Shown here piece after piece: positions 40,477 to 50,728 of a stretch of 64,000 bases of DNA (position 1 is the stretch's first letter; the number at the start of each line of letters is the position of its first letter). The DNA is taken from contig CAWABA010000006.1 in the NCBI GenBank assembly GCA_963780185.1, positions 192,001-256,000 of the forward strand. The letters are read 5' to 3'. The translations under genes and the position numbers were made by a program. Below the pieces are notes generated by a model. The model was not told the origin of the DNA. It was given only the letters and a program-made list of their open reading frames with translations, and did not search any database. Source of the DNA: Candidatus Bathyarchaeota archaeon. GTDB taxonomy: Archaea > Thermoproteota > Bathyarchaeia > Bathyarchaeales > Bathycorpusculaceae.

Positions 40477-43373
40477 TTATTGCTTCTTTCTGCTAAGCAT
40501 CAACAATGTCATTGCGCCGATTATGACTATCACAATGATGATTGCTATGCCTATGTATTCGACTGTTGCTTGAGTTGCTACTCCGTTAAGCGGTGTTGCC
40601 GTGGGTGCTGGTGTTGCTGCTGCGGGGCTTGCGTAGACGTGTGTTTCAGCTGATGATGGGTAGTAGCCGTTGGTGCCGAGGAAATTGGCGTAGACTGTGA
40701 AGTTGCCTGATATTTCTGGAGTCCATGTTAGACTGTAGGTGCCGCTTTGGTCTGTTGTTGGGGTGCCGATTACTCTGTAGTTTCCGTTAGAGTCTAAGAC
40801 GGATAACTGGACTTTGACGCCTGTGAAATTCGTTGGTTTTGCTTGTTGCTGGTAGACGTATGCCATCCAGTCTTGCATGGATGCGTCAGAAGATACTGGT
40901 ACGCCGTTGGGGAAGTCCGCTTTCTGCTCTGTCTGCTGGGTTCCTGCGGAAACATCGGTTACTGTGCCACTGATTACGATGGGCGCGGTTGTTGATACGC
41001 CTACGTTAGGGGCTGTGACCGTTGTTGAGCTGGGTCCTTGTCCGACAGTGTAGATTTGGTCGTCGTATCCGTTGAAGAATGTTGCGTATCCATCTGCCAT
41101 GGCGAAGCTGGTTCCAGTGAACGAGCCTGACACGTACGCTGAGAGTTTCCAGATTTCTTTTCCAGTGGTTGCGTTGATGGCTTCTGCGGTTGCACCCTTG
41201 TATATCGGGTCCGTGATGGTGTGTTCAACTGTAACATCGTAGATTACGCCGTTGCCGATAGCCATGATGAAGCTTGGGTAGTCGCCGTAGAACGTGTTCA
41301 ACCCTGCGTTGGTGCTGTTGCCTGCGCCGCCGTTGCCGTAAGTCCATACTAGTTTGGCCTGTTGTGTCGTTGTATGCGTAGCATATCCCTGCGAATGAGC
41401 TGCTGTAGAGGAAGCCGTAGGCTGTTTCACCTGCTAAGGTTCCTGGACCTGGGCTGCCGTAGTAGTCAAACGCTGATTGTGGTGTGCTTGGTGCCCAAAG
41501 CTGCTTTCCAGTCGTCATGTCGTAGCCGACCCACTGCAGTGTTTCTCGGTAGTTCAAGATGAAGACGTTTGTTTGGAAGTCAACTGGTCCCTGTACAACA
41601 GTGATGTTGCCTGCTGGCGGGGAGTATGTCTGCATCCAAAGTACTTGACCGAATGTGGTGTGAGCTCGGTTTACGTCCACAGCAAAGTATGTCCAAGGAG
41701 TCTGAGGTGTTCCTGTGCCCGTTGCTGCATATCCGCCTGCCTAGAGTGCCGTTTCGGAGAAGCAATATGTCGTCGTAGCTGGCTGCAACTATTGACGGTG
41801 TTGTGGTCATACTGTTGCGCCAAGGTATCGAAATGTTCCAGTCATAGGTGGTCAATGAATCTTGGTTGATGTCCTTGAGATGCGTTGTTGTCGAGCCTGC
41901 GGCAAGTGCACTTGAGTTCTTGGGAATGTTTGCGTTGATAACTAATGAGTCTCCGTAGTGCACTACGTTGCTTGTGCCTGCTGGAGCGCCTGGTGGTAGA
42001 GTGCCTGTGCTGCCTGCGAATGGAATTGGAAAGGCTGAAGTGAGAAGGCCGTTGGTTGAGTTTATGATTGAAGGAACTAAGCTTCCGCCGCCTGTGTATG
42101 GGTTAATGTCGTATTGCCAAAGTCTTGATGAGTTCCATTCGCTGAGGTACCAGTTTGTGCCCGAGCCAGCTAAGACGTATTTGAGCTGTTCACCTTCTGG
42201 TCCGACAATTGCGGTGCCTGAGGGTACGCCTGTAACGTTGAACATTGCTTGTCCATTAAAAGCATTGAACGCTCTTGCAAAGTTGGCTGTGAACAGAATT
42301 GGGGGGAAGACTCCGTGTTCGTCAGGGTCCCAAAGGTTGTAGATATAGGCGAATGACAATGATGGTATTTGAGTGCTGCTCCATACTACCTGTCCTGTTT
42401 GCAGGTTTTCGCAGACTGTTGCTCCGCCGCTTGGCTGAGTAAATCCAACTGGTTCAGTGAAGTACAGGTATCCGTCCACTATGATGGGGTTGACGAATCT
42501 CTGTTCGTAGGCTGAGCCTTCGAAGTAGCCGACTCCTAGCGAGTTAGTATCGAAGATTGAGTTTTGCTGTGCCGAAACTCCGAATTGGCCTCCGACGATG
42601 CCTCCCATTTCAAGCGGCTGTGTCCACATAACGTGTGAAGTTAAGGATCCTACGCCGTCTGGATGGTAGAATAACTCGGTTGGGCCAACAGAGCCAGAGT
42701 AGCCTGCTGAACCTGAGCCTAGCCAGTTTGACGAAATCGCGTACCAGTTCGTGTTTTCACCGTATATTGGTCGTGTCCAGTAAGCTGACGGTAATGGTTC
42801 GCTGGTGATTGCTGCCGGTATCGGGTTTGCTTGCACTGTGACTGTTGTTTGTGCACTGCTTGGCATATAGTAATCTCCGACGATTGATGATTTTTCGTAG
42901 CCGTCACCGTTTGCTCCGTAGATTTGACCTGGGAACGAGAAGATCAGAGTGTAGACACCGGTTGAGCTGGGTGTAAAGCCTGTTTCCTGAGCTGATGTTG
43001 AGTCTATGATGTTTGGGAAAATGGTTGTTGTCGGCGAACCACTAGGCGGTACAACGGTGAGGTTGAAGTTGTGGAATCTCCAGTTGTTTGATAGCAAAGC
43101 TGCGCTGGCTGTTGAACCGTTGGTTGAGATGACTGCGCTTGATCCTCCGGCTGCTCCGTAAACCATGTCAAGCCACATGTAAACTTGTATTGTCTGTCCT
43201 GCGCCGATTGGGTTAGGTGTAGCTGTAATGTAAGCGTACGTTGGAATGTTCCATTGGGTTTTATCGGTAGAAGTGTTGTGTGCGCTTGCGGTTAGCATCA
43301 TTGGTGCTCCCAAAGAGAGTGTTAGAACTGCTGCAATCAGAATAGCCATTGATTTATTTTTTGACAAATTCAA
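40477..43373 (-). CDS. Second large PQQ-like beta-propeller surface protein (paralog of 23236-25995); frameshifts near 41740 and 41360
   Basis: Shared blocks YWTRPIYGENTNWY, YFEGSAY, PIIVDGYLY, SEWNSS, QQQAxPxNFTGV; signal peptide and TM-RKKQ tail across three ORFs. Confidence 0.85.
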
Positions 43374-43651
43374 TTTTTTCTTTTCTCCTATTCGTGTTTA
43401 TTTAGCGTTAGGAATAAGCATGTTGATTAGCTCTTCCCAACATTTAGGAACTTGTGTTTTTAGCTATTATAACTTGCGGAAATCTCCTTCCTCGTTATGA
43501 CCTCGATCTTAAAATTTAGCCTTAAATCAACATCTGAGTGCTAATTCATTAAACTGAGCTTTAAAAAAGAATGATAGTTAAAAAAGAGGAGAGCCGCGTG
43601 GCAACTTTGCGGGTTTTGCTAAGGTTGTTCATCTGCTGATGGGACGCGCGG

Positions 43652-44647
43652 CTAATTCAAGGGGTCTTTTTCGTGACTTTTTTGGCGTTCTTTACCTTGG
43701 GGGTGCATTCTCGCATTCCTATTCATGATTTGTTTTACCACAGCTACCACAGCTACCAAAACAATCACCGCTATCACTGCCGCAACCGCAAACGGGAAGA
43801 TGTTTGAAATGTTGGATTTTGGGTTTGAAGATGGATGCGTGTTTGGTTTGTCAGTTGGTCCAGTGGTTCCTGTGGCTTGAGGAGATGCTATGGGTGCGGT
43901 TCCCTGAAGAATCGGTCCCGAGGTCTGAACTAGCAGCTGGTATTTCTTGATTTGCAAGGCGGCTGGGACAACTGACTGGTTCAAGTCAAAGGCGGAAATT
44001 TGGAACGTTGTCGTGTTACCTGGAACTAGAACCGTAGGGTTAAGGTAATTTGTATATCCTACGCCTACCACGGCGCCCGAAGAGTTGAAGAAGGCTCCGA
44101 CAACAGTAAGTTTTGTTGCTGACTGGGTGCCTGTGTTTTTTATTACTCCGTTAACGCTGTAGGCGCCGTTGTATTCTCCGGTGGTTCCGATTGAACCTTT
44201 GCTGCTTGTTATTTCTAATCCTTGGTATTGGTAGCTGCTTGTCTCGTTAGCCGAGGCAACTTTGACCGAGAAACTGGATATTTCACCGTCTGCGGCTGCT
44301 TGGTACCAAGCTGTGTCTTGGATATTGTGAGGCGAGGGGAATTCCATGTAGAACGGGGCTTGTTGCTGGGGTAGTAAGTCGGATACCCAGACTTGGGCTA
44401 CTGAATCGCCTAAATCAATGTCGCCTGCTCCCACTACTGTTCCCGACAGCACAACTGTTGAAATCGCGTTAGCTCCATTATTTTGGACGAGTCCGACAAC
44501 TTCAAGGTACCCTTCTGGATCAATGTACCAGCTGTAGTTTATGATTTTGACGTTATCTACTTGGCTAAACGTTTTTGGGACTGCAGCTAAACCTAAAGAC
44601 AACAGTAACAACGCAATACACAAATAAACTATCCTCTTCCCCATCAA
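43652..44647 (-). CDS. Secreted protein with two FxLYD-like Ig domains and C-terminal TM
   Basis: VVGLVQNNG and VNGVIKNTG...GAFFNSSGAVVG repeats; signal peptide. Confidence 0.75.
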   Translation of the reverse strand: MMGKRIVYLCIALLLLSLGLAAVPKTFSQVDNVKIINYSWYIDPEGYLEVVGLVQNNGANAISTVVLSGTVVGAGDIDLGDSVAQVWVSDLLPQQQAPFYMEFPSPHNIQDTAWYQAAADGEISSFSVKVASANETSSYQYQGLEITSSKGSIGTTGEYNGAYSVNGVIKNTGTQSATKLTVVGAFFNSSGAVVGVGYTNYLNPTVLVPGNTTTFQISAFDLNQSVVPAALQIKKYQLLVQTSGPILQGTAPIASPQATGTTGPTDKPNTHPSSNPKSNISNIFPFAVAAVIAVIVLVAVVAVVKQIMNRNARMHPQGKERQKSHEKDPLN

Positions 44648-44856
44648 ACTTCCCTGTCCGAATTAGATTCAATAACGCATCCTAGCAACCTTGTACTATA
44701 AAACTTTTTTTCAAAATTCACACCAAACCCCTCCAGAAAAGTGACCTCAGAATGCTTCCCTCCTGAAAAACATCACATTAAGATTAAATTCTGCGTCAGG
44801 ATTAGAAAATAGGGTTGACTGAGAATGGCTAAAGAAACCCAAGTGAAGGCTAAAGC

Positions 44857-45879
44857 TTGAAGGACACAGCATTGGCCAAAGTTCTTGCCCTGCTACTGAT
44901 TACGATCGCTGTTGCAGATGGCTTAGGCGCATACCTCGCATTCCAACCGACACCTGAAAAAGACAGCGGGGCGCCCTCTCCGACGCATTCGCCTACACCC
45001 ACGCTTAGCCCTTCCTCAGCACCGACGTCAACGCCAACCTCAACCCCGACCCCCACCGCCGAACCAACTTTAACTCCAACCCCAACCACGGCGCCAACCC
45101 CTACCCCAACGCCTGAACCAACCGAAGCTCCATCTCCAACACCGACAGCCACACCTACTCCTACGCCTGCACCGACGCCTCCGCCAAACTCGACGGCAGC
45201 ATATAACTGGGCAGGCTACGTCGCCTACTCTGACCCTCAAAACCCTCAACCCACCGTAACAAGCGTCAACGCTTCATGGATAGTGCCCACAGTAACACCA
45301 ACCACAGGTAACACGTACTCTGCCATCTGGATAGGCATAGGAGGAGTAACCAGCGCACCCTTCAACGACAGCACGCTTATCCAGTGCGGCACCGAGCAAG
45401 ATTGGAACGTGCGGTTTGGGCGCGGTTCAGCGTCCTACTCCGCTTGGTATGAACTTCTTCCAAACTACACGATGCCCATTTCCATGGCTATTTCAGCCGG
45501 AGACCAGATGCAGGCTTCAATCCAGCTTCAGAACGGAACAGCCAACCAATGGGTCATCAACGTAACCGACACCACGACCTCGCGGACATTTCAGACAACT
45601 GTCACCTACAACTCGAGCCAGTTGACCGCTGAATGGATAATGGAAAGACCAACCGTAAACCAAGTCCTTACACAATTGACGAATTTCGGAAACGTAACTT
45701 TCACAGGCTGCAACGCGACTATCGGGTCCAGCAGTGGCGACATCAACAGTTTTCCGTGGGAAGCCTTCACCATGTATTCCGCAGCCACCTCTGGAGGCTC
45801 AAATGTGCAGCTGACTGACGTCTCCGACCTCACGACGGACGGCTCAGGTTTCACAGTGTACTGGCTTGCGTCGGGATAG
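44857..45879 (+). CDS. G1 family glutamic endopeptidase (eqolisin/scytalidoglutamic type), membrane-tethered via PT linker
   Basis: NWAGY, WIGIGG, LIQCGTEQ (catalytic Q), AWYE, AEWIMERP (catalytic E). Confidence 0.9.
   Translation: MKDTALAKVLALLLITIAVADGLGAYLAFQPTPEKDSGAPSPTHSPTPTLSPSSAPTSTPTSTPTPTAEPTLTPTPTTAPTPTPTPEPTEAPSPTPTATPTPTPAPTPPPNSTAAYNWAGYVAYSDPQNPQPTVTSVNASWIVPTVTPTTGNTYSAIWIGIGGVTSAPFNDSTLIQCGTEQDWNVRFGRGSASYSAWYELLPNYTMPISMAISAGDQMQASIQLQNGTANQWVINVTDTTTSRTFQTTVTYNSSQLTAEWIMERPTVNQVLTQLTNFGNVTFTGCNATIGSSSGDINSFPWEAFTMYSAATSGGSNVQLTDVSDLTTDGSGFTVYWLASG
44980..45185 (+). repeat. Low-complexity Pro/Thr linker repeat (coding)
   Basis: PTHSPTPTLSP...PTPTPAPTPPP. Confidence 0.8.
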
Positions 45880-45948
45880 AGGATACGTATTGTTGATGCA
45901 TAAAGCGTATAAGAGTTTGCTTGGCATTACCTCAAGCTGTGAAGCAAC

Positions 45949-47880
45949 TTGAAAAGAAAAACCATATCAACGGTGATTGCAGTAATCTTCATGGTTTGCC
46001 TAACATTTCCAGTTTTTGTCGGAACTCTAAACGTCACAAGAGCAGATAATCAAAGCAGCGATTCAAACGGCGATCCGAACACGTGGTCCATGTTCCACAG
46101 CGATCTCACACACTCCGGGGTCTCAGCCTCAAACGGTCCAACCACAAACCAGACGTTGTGGACGTTCAAAGCCGCCAATGAAATTATTTCTTCACCCGCG
46201 GTTTGTGGAGGAGTGGTTTACTTTGGCTCAAACGGCTACGGCTTAAGCGACAACACTATCTACGCCGTCAACTCGACAACGGGTGTGCAAATTTGGAATT
46301 TCACGACTGGTGGGCAAATAGACTGGTCTTCCCCGGCAATAGCTGGAGGCTTAGTTTACATGGGATCTGAGGACGGTCACCTGTATGCATTAAACGTCCT
46401 AACCGGCGTTCAAGCTTGGAACTACAGCTTAAATGCCAACGCCTACATAGATTCCCCCGCGGTCTCAAACGGAATAGTCTATTTCGGCGCAAGTATGGGA
46501 TTTGGCTTGTTTGCGGTAAATGCCACAACGGGCGCCTACCTGTGGAATTACACCTTAACAGCCAGCACTGGTGTTGGTGACGTCCAATCTTGCCCCGCTA
46601 TCTCAGGAGGAACAGTTTACGTCGGAACCACATTGCCCGACGACAGCATGGTCGCTCTGAGCGCTTCATCGAACCACGTTAACTGGCAAGTAAACATAAT
46701 GAACCAAGTTGATTCTTCTCCAGCCGTTTACAACGGAGAAGTCTATGTGGGCGCACCAGACTCGTCAGGACACACCTACCTAGACGCTTTCAACGCTGGA
46801 ACCGGCAACCTTGATTGGCAGTTCAAGACTAGTGCATGGGTTGAATCTTCCCCCGCCGTTTACAACGGTGTAATCTACGTGAATTGCGATGACGGTAACG
46901 TTTCTGCCATAAGCATAGCGACGCACAGTCTAGTTTGGAGTTACAAAATGGGCGGCTTTGCGGAGAAGTCATCGTCTCCAGCAATTGCAAACGGCGTCGT
47001 CTACGTGGGTTCCAATGACCACAACGTTTACGCTTTTAACCTGACGACGGGCACGTTGATATGGAAGTACCTTACAGGCTACTCGGTGGTTTCGTCTCCA
47101 GCAGTTGCCGGCGGCAAAGTCTACGTGGGTTCATTGGACGATTACATGTACTGTTTTGGGCAGCCACCGTTAGCGGCGCCTTCAGTTGCTCCTTCCTCTG
47201 GCGTCATCGACCAAGGCCAAACCTCCGTCTTAACTTCAACCGCGGTAACTACAGGCAATTCTCCTTATACTTGCATGTGGTTCAGCAAAGGACCCGGCGC
47301 ATCAGCTTACTCGCTAATAAGCGGCGCATCTCTATCCAGCTTCAACTTCGCCACCACAGCCTATACAACTCCTGGCACTTGGAATTTTATTCTTCAAGTA
47401 ACCGACATCACCCCAACCGCAGTTAACTGCACCGCAGCCTCAGTCACTGTCAACCCTGCCTTGGCTGCCCCAACGGTGACTCCCTCCTCCAACACACTGA
47501 ACCAAGGAGACACCGCAACCTTGACATCCACCACTGTGACAACGGGGACGTCCCCCTACTCTTATCAATGGCTCAGCGAAGCACCAGGAACATCCTCCTA
47601 TTCTCTGGTTGCTGCCACCTCTTCAAGCTACAATTTCACGACTCCGTCGTCTACTGCGACAGGCACTTGGAACTTCATACTTCAAACAACAGACAACGCG
47701 GGCGCAGCAGTGAACTCTACCGCCGTCTCCGTAGTGGTGAATCCGCTGACGTTGCCCGAGTCACCCCAATTGCTCATAGTCTTCTCGGTCGCGTTGGCAC
47801 TTGTGACGATAGTAGCGACTTTCGCGACGAAGAAAATTAATGGAGACACCGTGCAGAGAAAACAGGCTTTTTCTGAGTAG
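45949..47880 (+). CDS. PQQ-binding-like (BamB-type) beta-propeller surface protein with two Ig-like repeats and PEF-like C-terminal anchor
   Basis: WSMFHSD, about eight SSPAV..G.VYxG repeats, duplicated AAPxVxPSS..QG.T..LTST..TTG.SPY domains, LPESP-TM-KK. Confidence 0.88.
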   Translation: MKRKTISTVIAVIFMVCLTFPVFVGTLNVTRADNQSSDSNGDPNTWSMFHSDLTHSGVSASNGPTTNQTLWTFKAANEIISSPAVCGGVVYFGSNGYGLSDNTIYAVNSTTGVQIWNFTTGGQIDWSSPAIAGGLVYMGSEDGHLYALNVLTGVQAWNYSLNANAYIDSPAVSNGIVYFGASMGFGLFAVNATTGAYLWNYTLTASTGVGDVQSCPAISGGTVYVGTTLPDDSMVALSASSNHVNWQVNIMNQVDSSPAVYNGEVYVGAPDSSGHTYLDAFNAGTGNLDWQFKTSAWVESSPAVYNGVIYVNCDDGNVSAISIATHSLVWSYKMGGFAEKSSSPAIANGVVYVGSNDHNVYAFNLTTGTLIWKYLTGYSVVSSPAVAGGKVYVGSLDDYMYCFGQPPLAAPSVAPSSGVIDQGQTSVLTSTAVTTGNSPYTCMWFSKGPGASAYSLISGASLSSFNFATTAYTTPGTWNFILQVTDITPTAVNCTAASVTVNPALAAPTVTPSSNTLNQGDTATLTSTTVTTGTSPYSYQWLSEAPGTSSYSLVAATSSSYNFTTPSSTATGTWNFILQTTDNAGAAVNSTAVSVVVNPLTLPESPQLLIVFSVALALVTIVATFATKKINGDTVQRKQAFSE

Positions 47881-47991
47881 CGGCGGGCAGGGGTCCCCGA
47901 ACCCCGGGCATGGGCTGTTTGCGCTTTTTTGAGGCTTTTGAGTTGCTAGCCTGTGTACTAGTGCGGTTAAAAATGGCTTTGCAGGGCAGTT

Positions 47992-48040
47992 TGGTGCTAC
48001 GGGCAGGAGCTGGAACCTGCGAACGTCTACGGGAAAGAAT
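47992..48040 (-). repeat. Degenerate copy of tRNA-Leu 3' half (att-like direct repeat)
   Basis: TGGTGCTACGGGCAGGAGCTGGAACCTGCGAACGTCTACGGGAAAGAAT vs tRNA TGGTGCTGCGGGCAGGATTCGAACCTGCGAACCCCTGAGGGAAAGGAT (48734-48781). Confidence 0.8.
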
Positions 48041-48063
48041 CATCCATTAGTTGCTATAGTTAT

Positions 48064-48306
48064 TTATCGTCGAAATTCTTCTTCAGCCTTGTCGAGTTGT
48101 TTTTCCAATGTTTCTTTGTACTTGTCAACTTGGTTTTCCTTTACGTCATCGTCTTGGCTGGCATCACAAAACTTCAATAATTCTTTGTCGCTTAGGTTAA
48201 CCAAGGTTTCGGCAAGTTTTTCGAAGAGCTTGCGAATTTCTAAAAGCTCCGAAGCTATCACCTTGAGGTCTCTTTTATCCTGCTCTGTCAAGACTGGTTT
48301 AACCAA
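48064..48306 (-). CDS. Antitoxin-like small protein (paralog of 48420-48653)
   Basis: VLTEQDKRDLKVIASEL...LAETLVNLSDKELLK aligns with its neighbour. Confidence 0.6.
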   Translation of the reverse strand: MVKPVLTEQDKRDLKVIASELLEIRKLFEKLAETLVNLSDKELLKFCDASQDDDVKENQVDKYKETLEKQLDKAEEEFRR

Positions 48307-48378
48307 CTAAGCCACCAAGCGAACGATTACCTTTTACATGGGTTAGGCTTACTAAAATTTTCCTATAAAAATTCTGGA

Positions 48379-48436
48379 TTATTTGAATCTCTTGAGAAAT
48401 TCTCTAAGTGAAGATGAGCTCAAAGTTCTTTTTCAT
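48379..48436 (-). pseudogene. Truncated RelE/ParE-like toxin N-terminus
   Basis: ATG overlapping the antitoxin 3' end: MKKNFELIFT, then after one extra T, REFLKRFK-stop; resembles RelE beta1-alpha1. Confidence 0.5.
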
Positions 48437-48653
48437 CGATGCTCAGCTCTTCTAACATTTTTTTGTAGCTAAGCACTTTGTTTTTTCTGCGGTCTTTTAG
48501 GCTCCTGTCAACGCTCTTCATCAGTTTCTCGTCGCTTAAAATATCCAGCGTTTCCATGAGTTCTTCCACAACTGTACGAAGTTTTGGAAGCTCCTCTGCT
48601 AAGACCTTGAGATTTTTCTTGTCCTCATCTGTGAATACCGCTTCAACCAACAC
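48420..48653 (-). CDS. RelB/Phd-like antitoxin
   Basis: EELMETLDILSDEKLMKSVDRSLKD...VLSYKKMLEEL, typical type II antitoxin C-terminal pattern. Confidence 0.65.
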   Translation of the reverse strand: MLVEAVFTDEDKKNLKVLAEELPKLRTVVEELMETLDILSDEKLMKSVDRSLKDRRKNKVLSYKKMLEELSIDEKEL

Positions 48654-48733
48654 AATTCACCAATCGAATAATCTCTACAGTAGTTCTTCAGAAATAAAAT
48701 TTCCTCAATAAAACTCTGGGGTTTGAGATTTGT

Positions 48734-48883
48734 TGGTGCTGCGGGCAGGATTCGAACCTGCGAACCCCTGAGGGAAAGGATTTCCCATCGAGGCCTTTGC
48801 CGGCCAAATGTTAGATCTTGAGTCCTTAGTGGAACACGCCGATGCGTATTCTTTCACCTTTGACCTGGCTTGGTTACCGCAGC
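48734..48883 (-). tRNA. tRNA-Leu(CAA) with two introns (27 nt non-canonical at ~48828-48854; 35 nt canonical at 48782-48816), CCA encoded
   Basis: Acceptor stem GCTGCGG/CCGCAGC-A-CCA, D-arm ACC...GGT, anticodon arm AAGGA-CTCAAGA-TCCTT after intron removal, long variable arm, T-arm GCAGG-TTCGAAT-CCTGC; mature length 85 nt plus CCA. Confidence 0.92.
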
Positions 48884-48944
48884 CCGATGCAGCTAAAAAT
48901 GTTTGGGTTCTGTCTTATTAATCATTTCCATCCGTTGGCAAGGG

Positions 48945-50728
48945 TTAGATGACTTTTTCTAGGTCAGTGATGAAGCGCTCAAACACTTTCAAGCCGCCCC
49001 TCCAGAAGCCTGGGTCCGCCACGTCTAAGCCGACGATTTTGCCGATTTCCACAGGTGAAACGCTGCTGCCAGCCGCCAACGCCTGCTCCAGCTTTGGAAC
49101 AAACGTTTTGCCTTCCTCAAGGTACCGTTCGTACAGTGAGTAGACGAACATTTGGGCGTACACGTAGGGGTAGTTGTAGAAACGGTAGTTTGACATGAAA
49201 TAGTGCGGCTTCATGGTCCACTCTGCCTCCATTTCGGGGAACCAGGCGACGGCGTCGCCGAAGATGCGGTCCCGCGCCCCTGTCCAGTGCCTGCAGATGG
49301 TTGGGTAGTCGAGGTATTCGCCGTTCTGAATTGAATTGTAGAGTGCCTGCTCAAACCACACCCGTGCCGTAACCTGAAACGCCGTCATCCCCGCCTCATC
49401 AAGGACAAGGCATAGCACCGCTTTTCTCTTCTGAGTTGATTTTGCTTCGTTAGCATGAGGTCGGTTAGGAGGAGTTCGCCGAAGATAGATGCGGTCTCCG
49501 CCACACTGGACGGCACACCCGTATTCATCAGAGTCTGGCTCCGAGACATGTAAAAATCATGCGTGGCATGCCCCAACTCATGCGCCAACGTGAAAACATC
49601 GCTCAAAGATCCATTAAAACTGTCCAAAACAAACGCGGATTTGCCATTGTACCAGCTTGCACAGAAAGCGCCGTTTCGTTTCCCAAACTTAGGCGTTGCG
49701 TCAATTCGCCTCTGCGCAAACATTTCTTTTACCGCCGTCGCGTATTGTGGGTCAAAGTGGCTGTACGCTTTGACGATTAGGTTTCTTGCTTCTTCAAAGG
49801 TGAATTTCTGTTCAGTTGAATCTGGCAGGGGAGCTACGATGTCGTGGTTACCCAGCTGCGGCAGCCCCATAAGTTTCGCCTTCAGTTTAAGATAGCGACG
49901 GTAAACGTCAGCGTTTTTTTCTATGGCGTTCAGCAGGTTATTAACTATCGTCTCTTCGGTATCATTGTTTAGGAGGCTTGACTCCATGGGCGATGCGTAT
50001 TTGCGGCGTTTGGACATCGTGACCCAGTCGTTACAAATGTTCCGTAATGCTGACGCAAAGATTTCGCCGTCTTTGCCGAGCAAACCGTAGATTGAACGGT
50101 TAGCTGATTCTCGTGTTGCCCTGTCTGGATGGGGCAGCAACCCGTTGGCTTCACCGTAATTAAGCGTTTTCTTTTCCCCTTTTACGACTACATCGAACAT
50201 TCGGGTGTTAAGCCATTTGCTCTGCAGTTCCTCCCAACCCTGCACCCCGAACTGGTCTTTCTCAATGATGAGTTGCTCCTCCACTTCGCTTAACTGGTGG
50301 GGCACACGCCTCTGGACGCGTTCCAGCATATGACGGTACTTCGCCAAAACGGGGGCAGCAATCAACTCGGGCTTGGCTTTGACGAGAGCGCCTAACTCTA
50401 ACGAAAAGAAAGCCAATTGTTTTCCCAACTGTGCTTCAAGCTTGCTTACCTTATCGTAAAGCGCCTGCACCTTTGGCAGGGTCATGTTGGCTGAGAAAGA
50501 AAGGCTTGCAAAAAGGGAAATGTCGCCCGACTTAACATCAAAAGCCTCTAGTTCTCGCAGGCATTTGTGCAGTTCGGCTGGGTCAAGCTGGCTTATTTTT
50601 CCACGGTAAGCTTTCTCGAAGGCATCGGCGAAAGCTTTTGCTTCGTTAATTGCTTTTTCAACAGACGGGTCATTAACGCTTGAAAAGAGGACTGTTAAGT
50701 CCCATGAAACTTCATCAGTTTTCGACAT
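48945..50728 (-). CDS. pepF: Oligoendopeptidase F (M3B); frameshift near 49440
   Basis: GKRNGAFC, TLAHELGHATH, AETASIFGE, then PHY...FYNYPY in ORF 48945-49418. Confidence 0.92.

Noticed and set aside
23236-43373. Diversity-generating retroelement acting on paralogous surface proteins
   Set aside because: No reverse transcriptase and no adenine-specific TR/VR nucleotide repeat pair seen
47992-48040. Split-tRNA half or functional second tRNA
   Set aside because: T-loop disrupted (TTCCAGCT instead of TTCGAAT), acceptor mismatch, no complementary leader seen; better explained as a decayed att site
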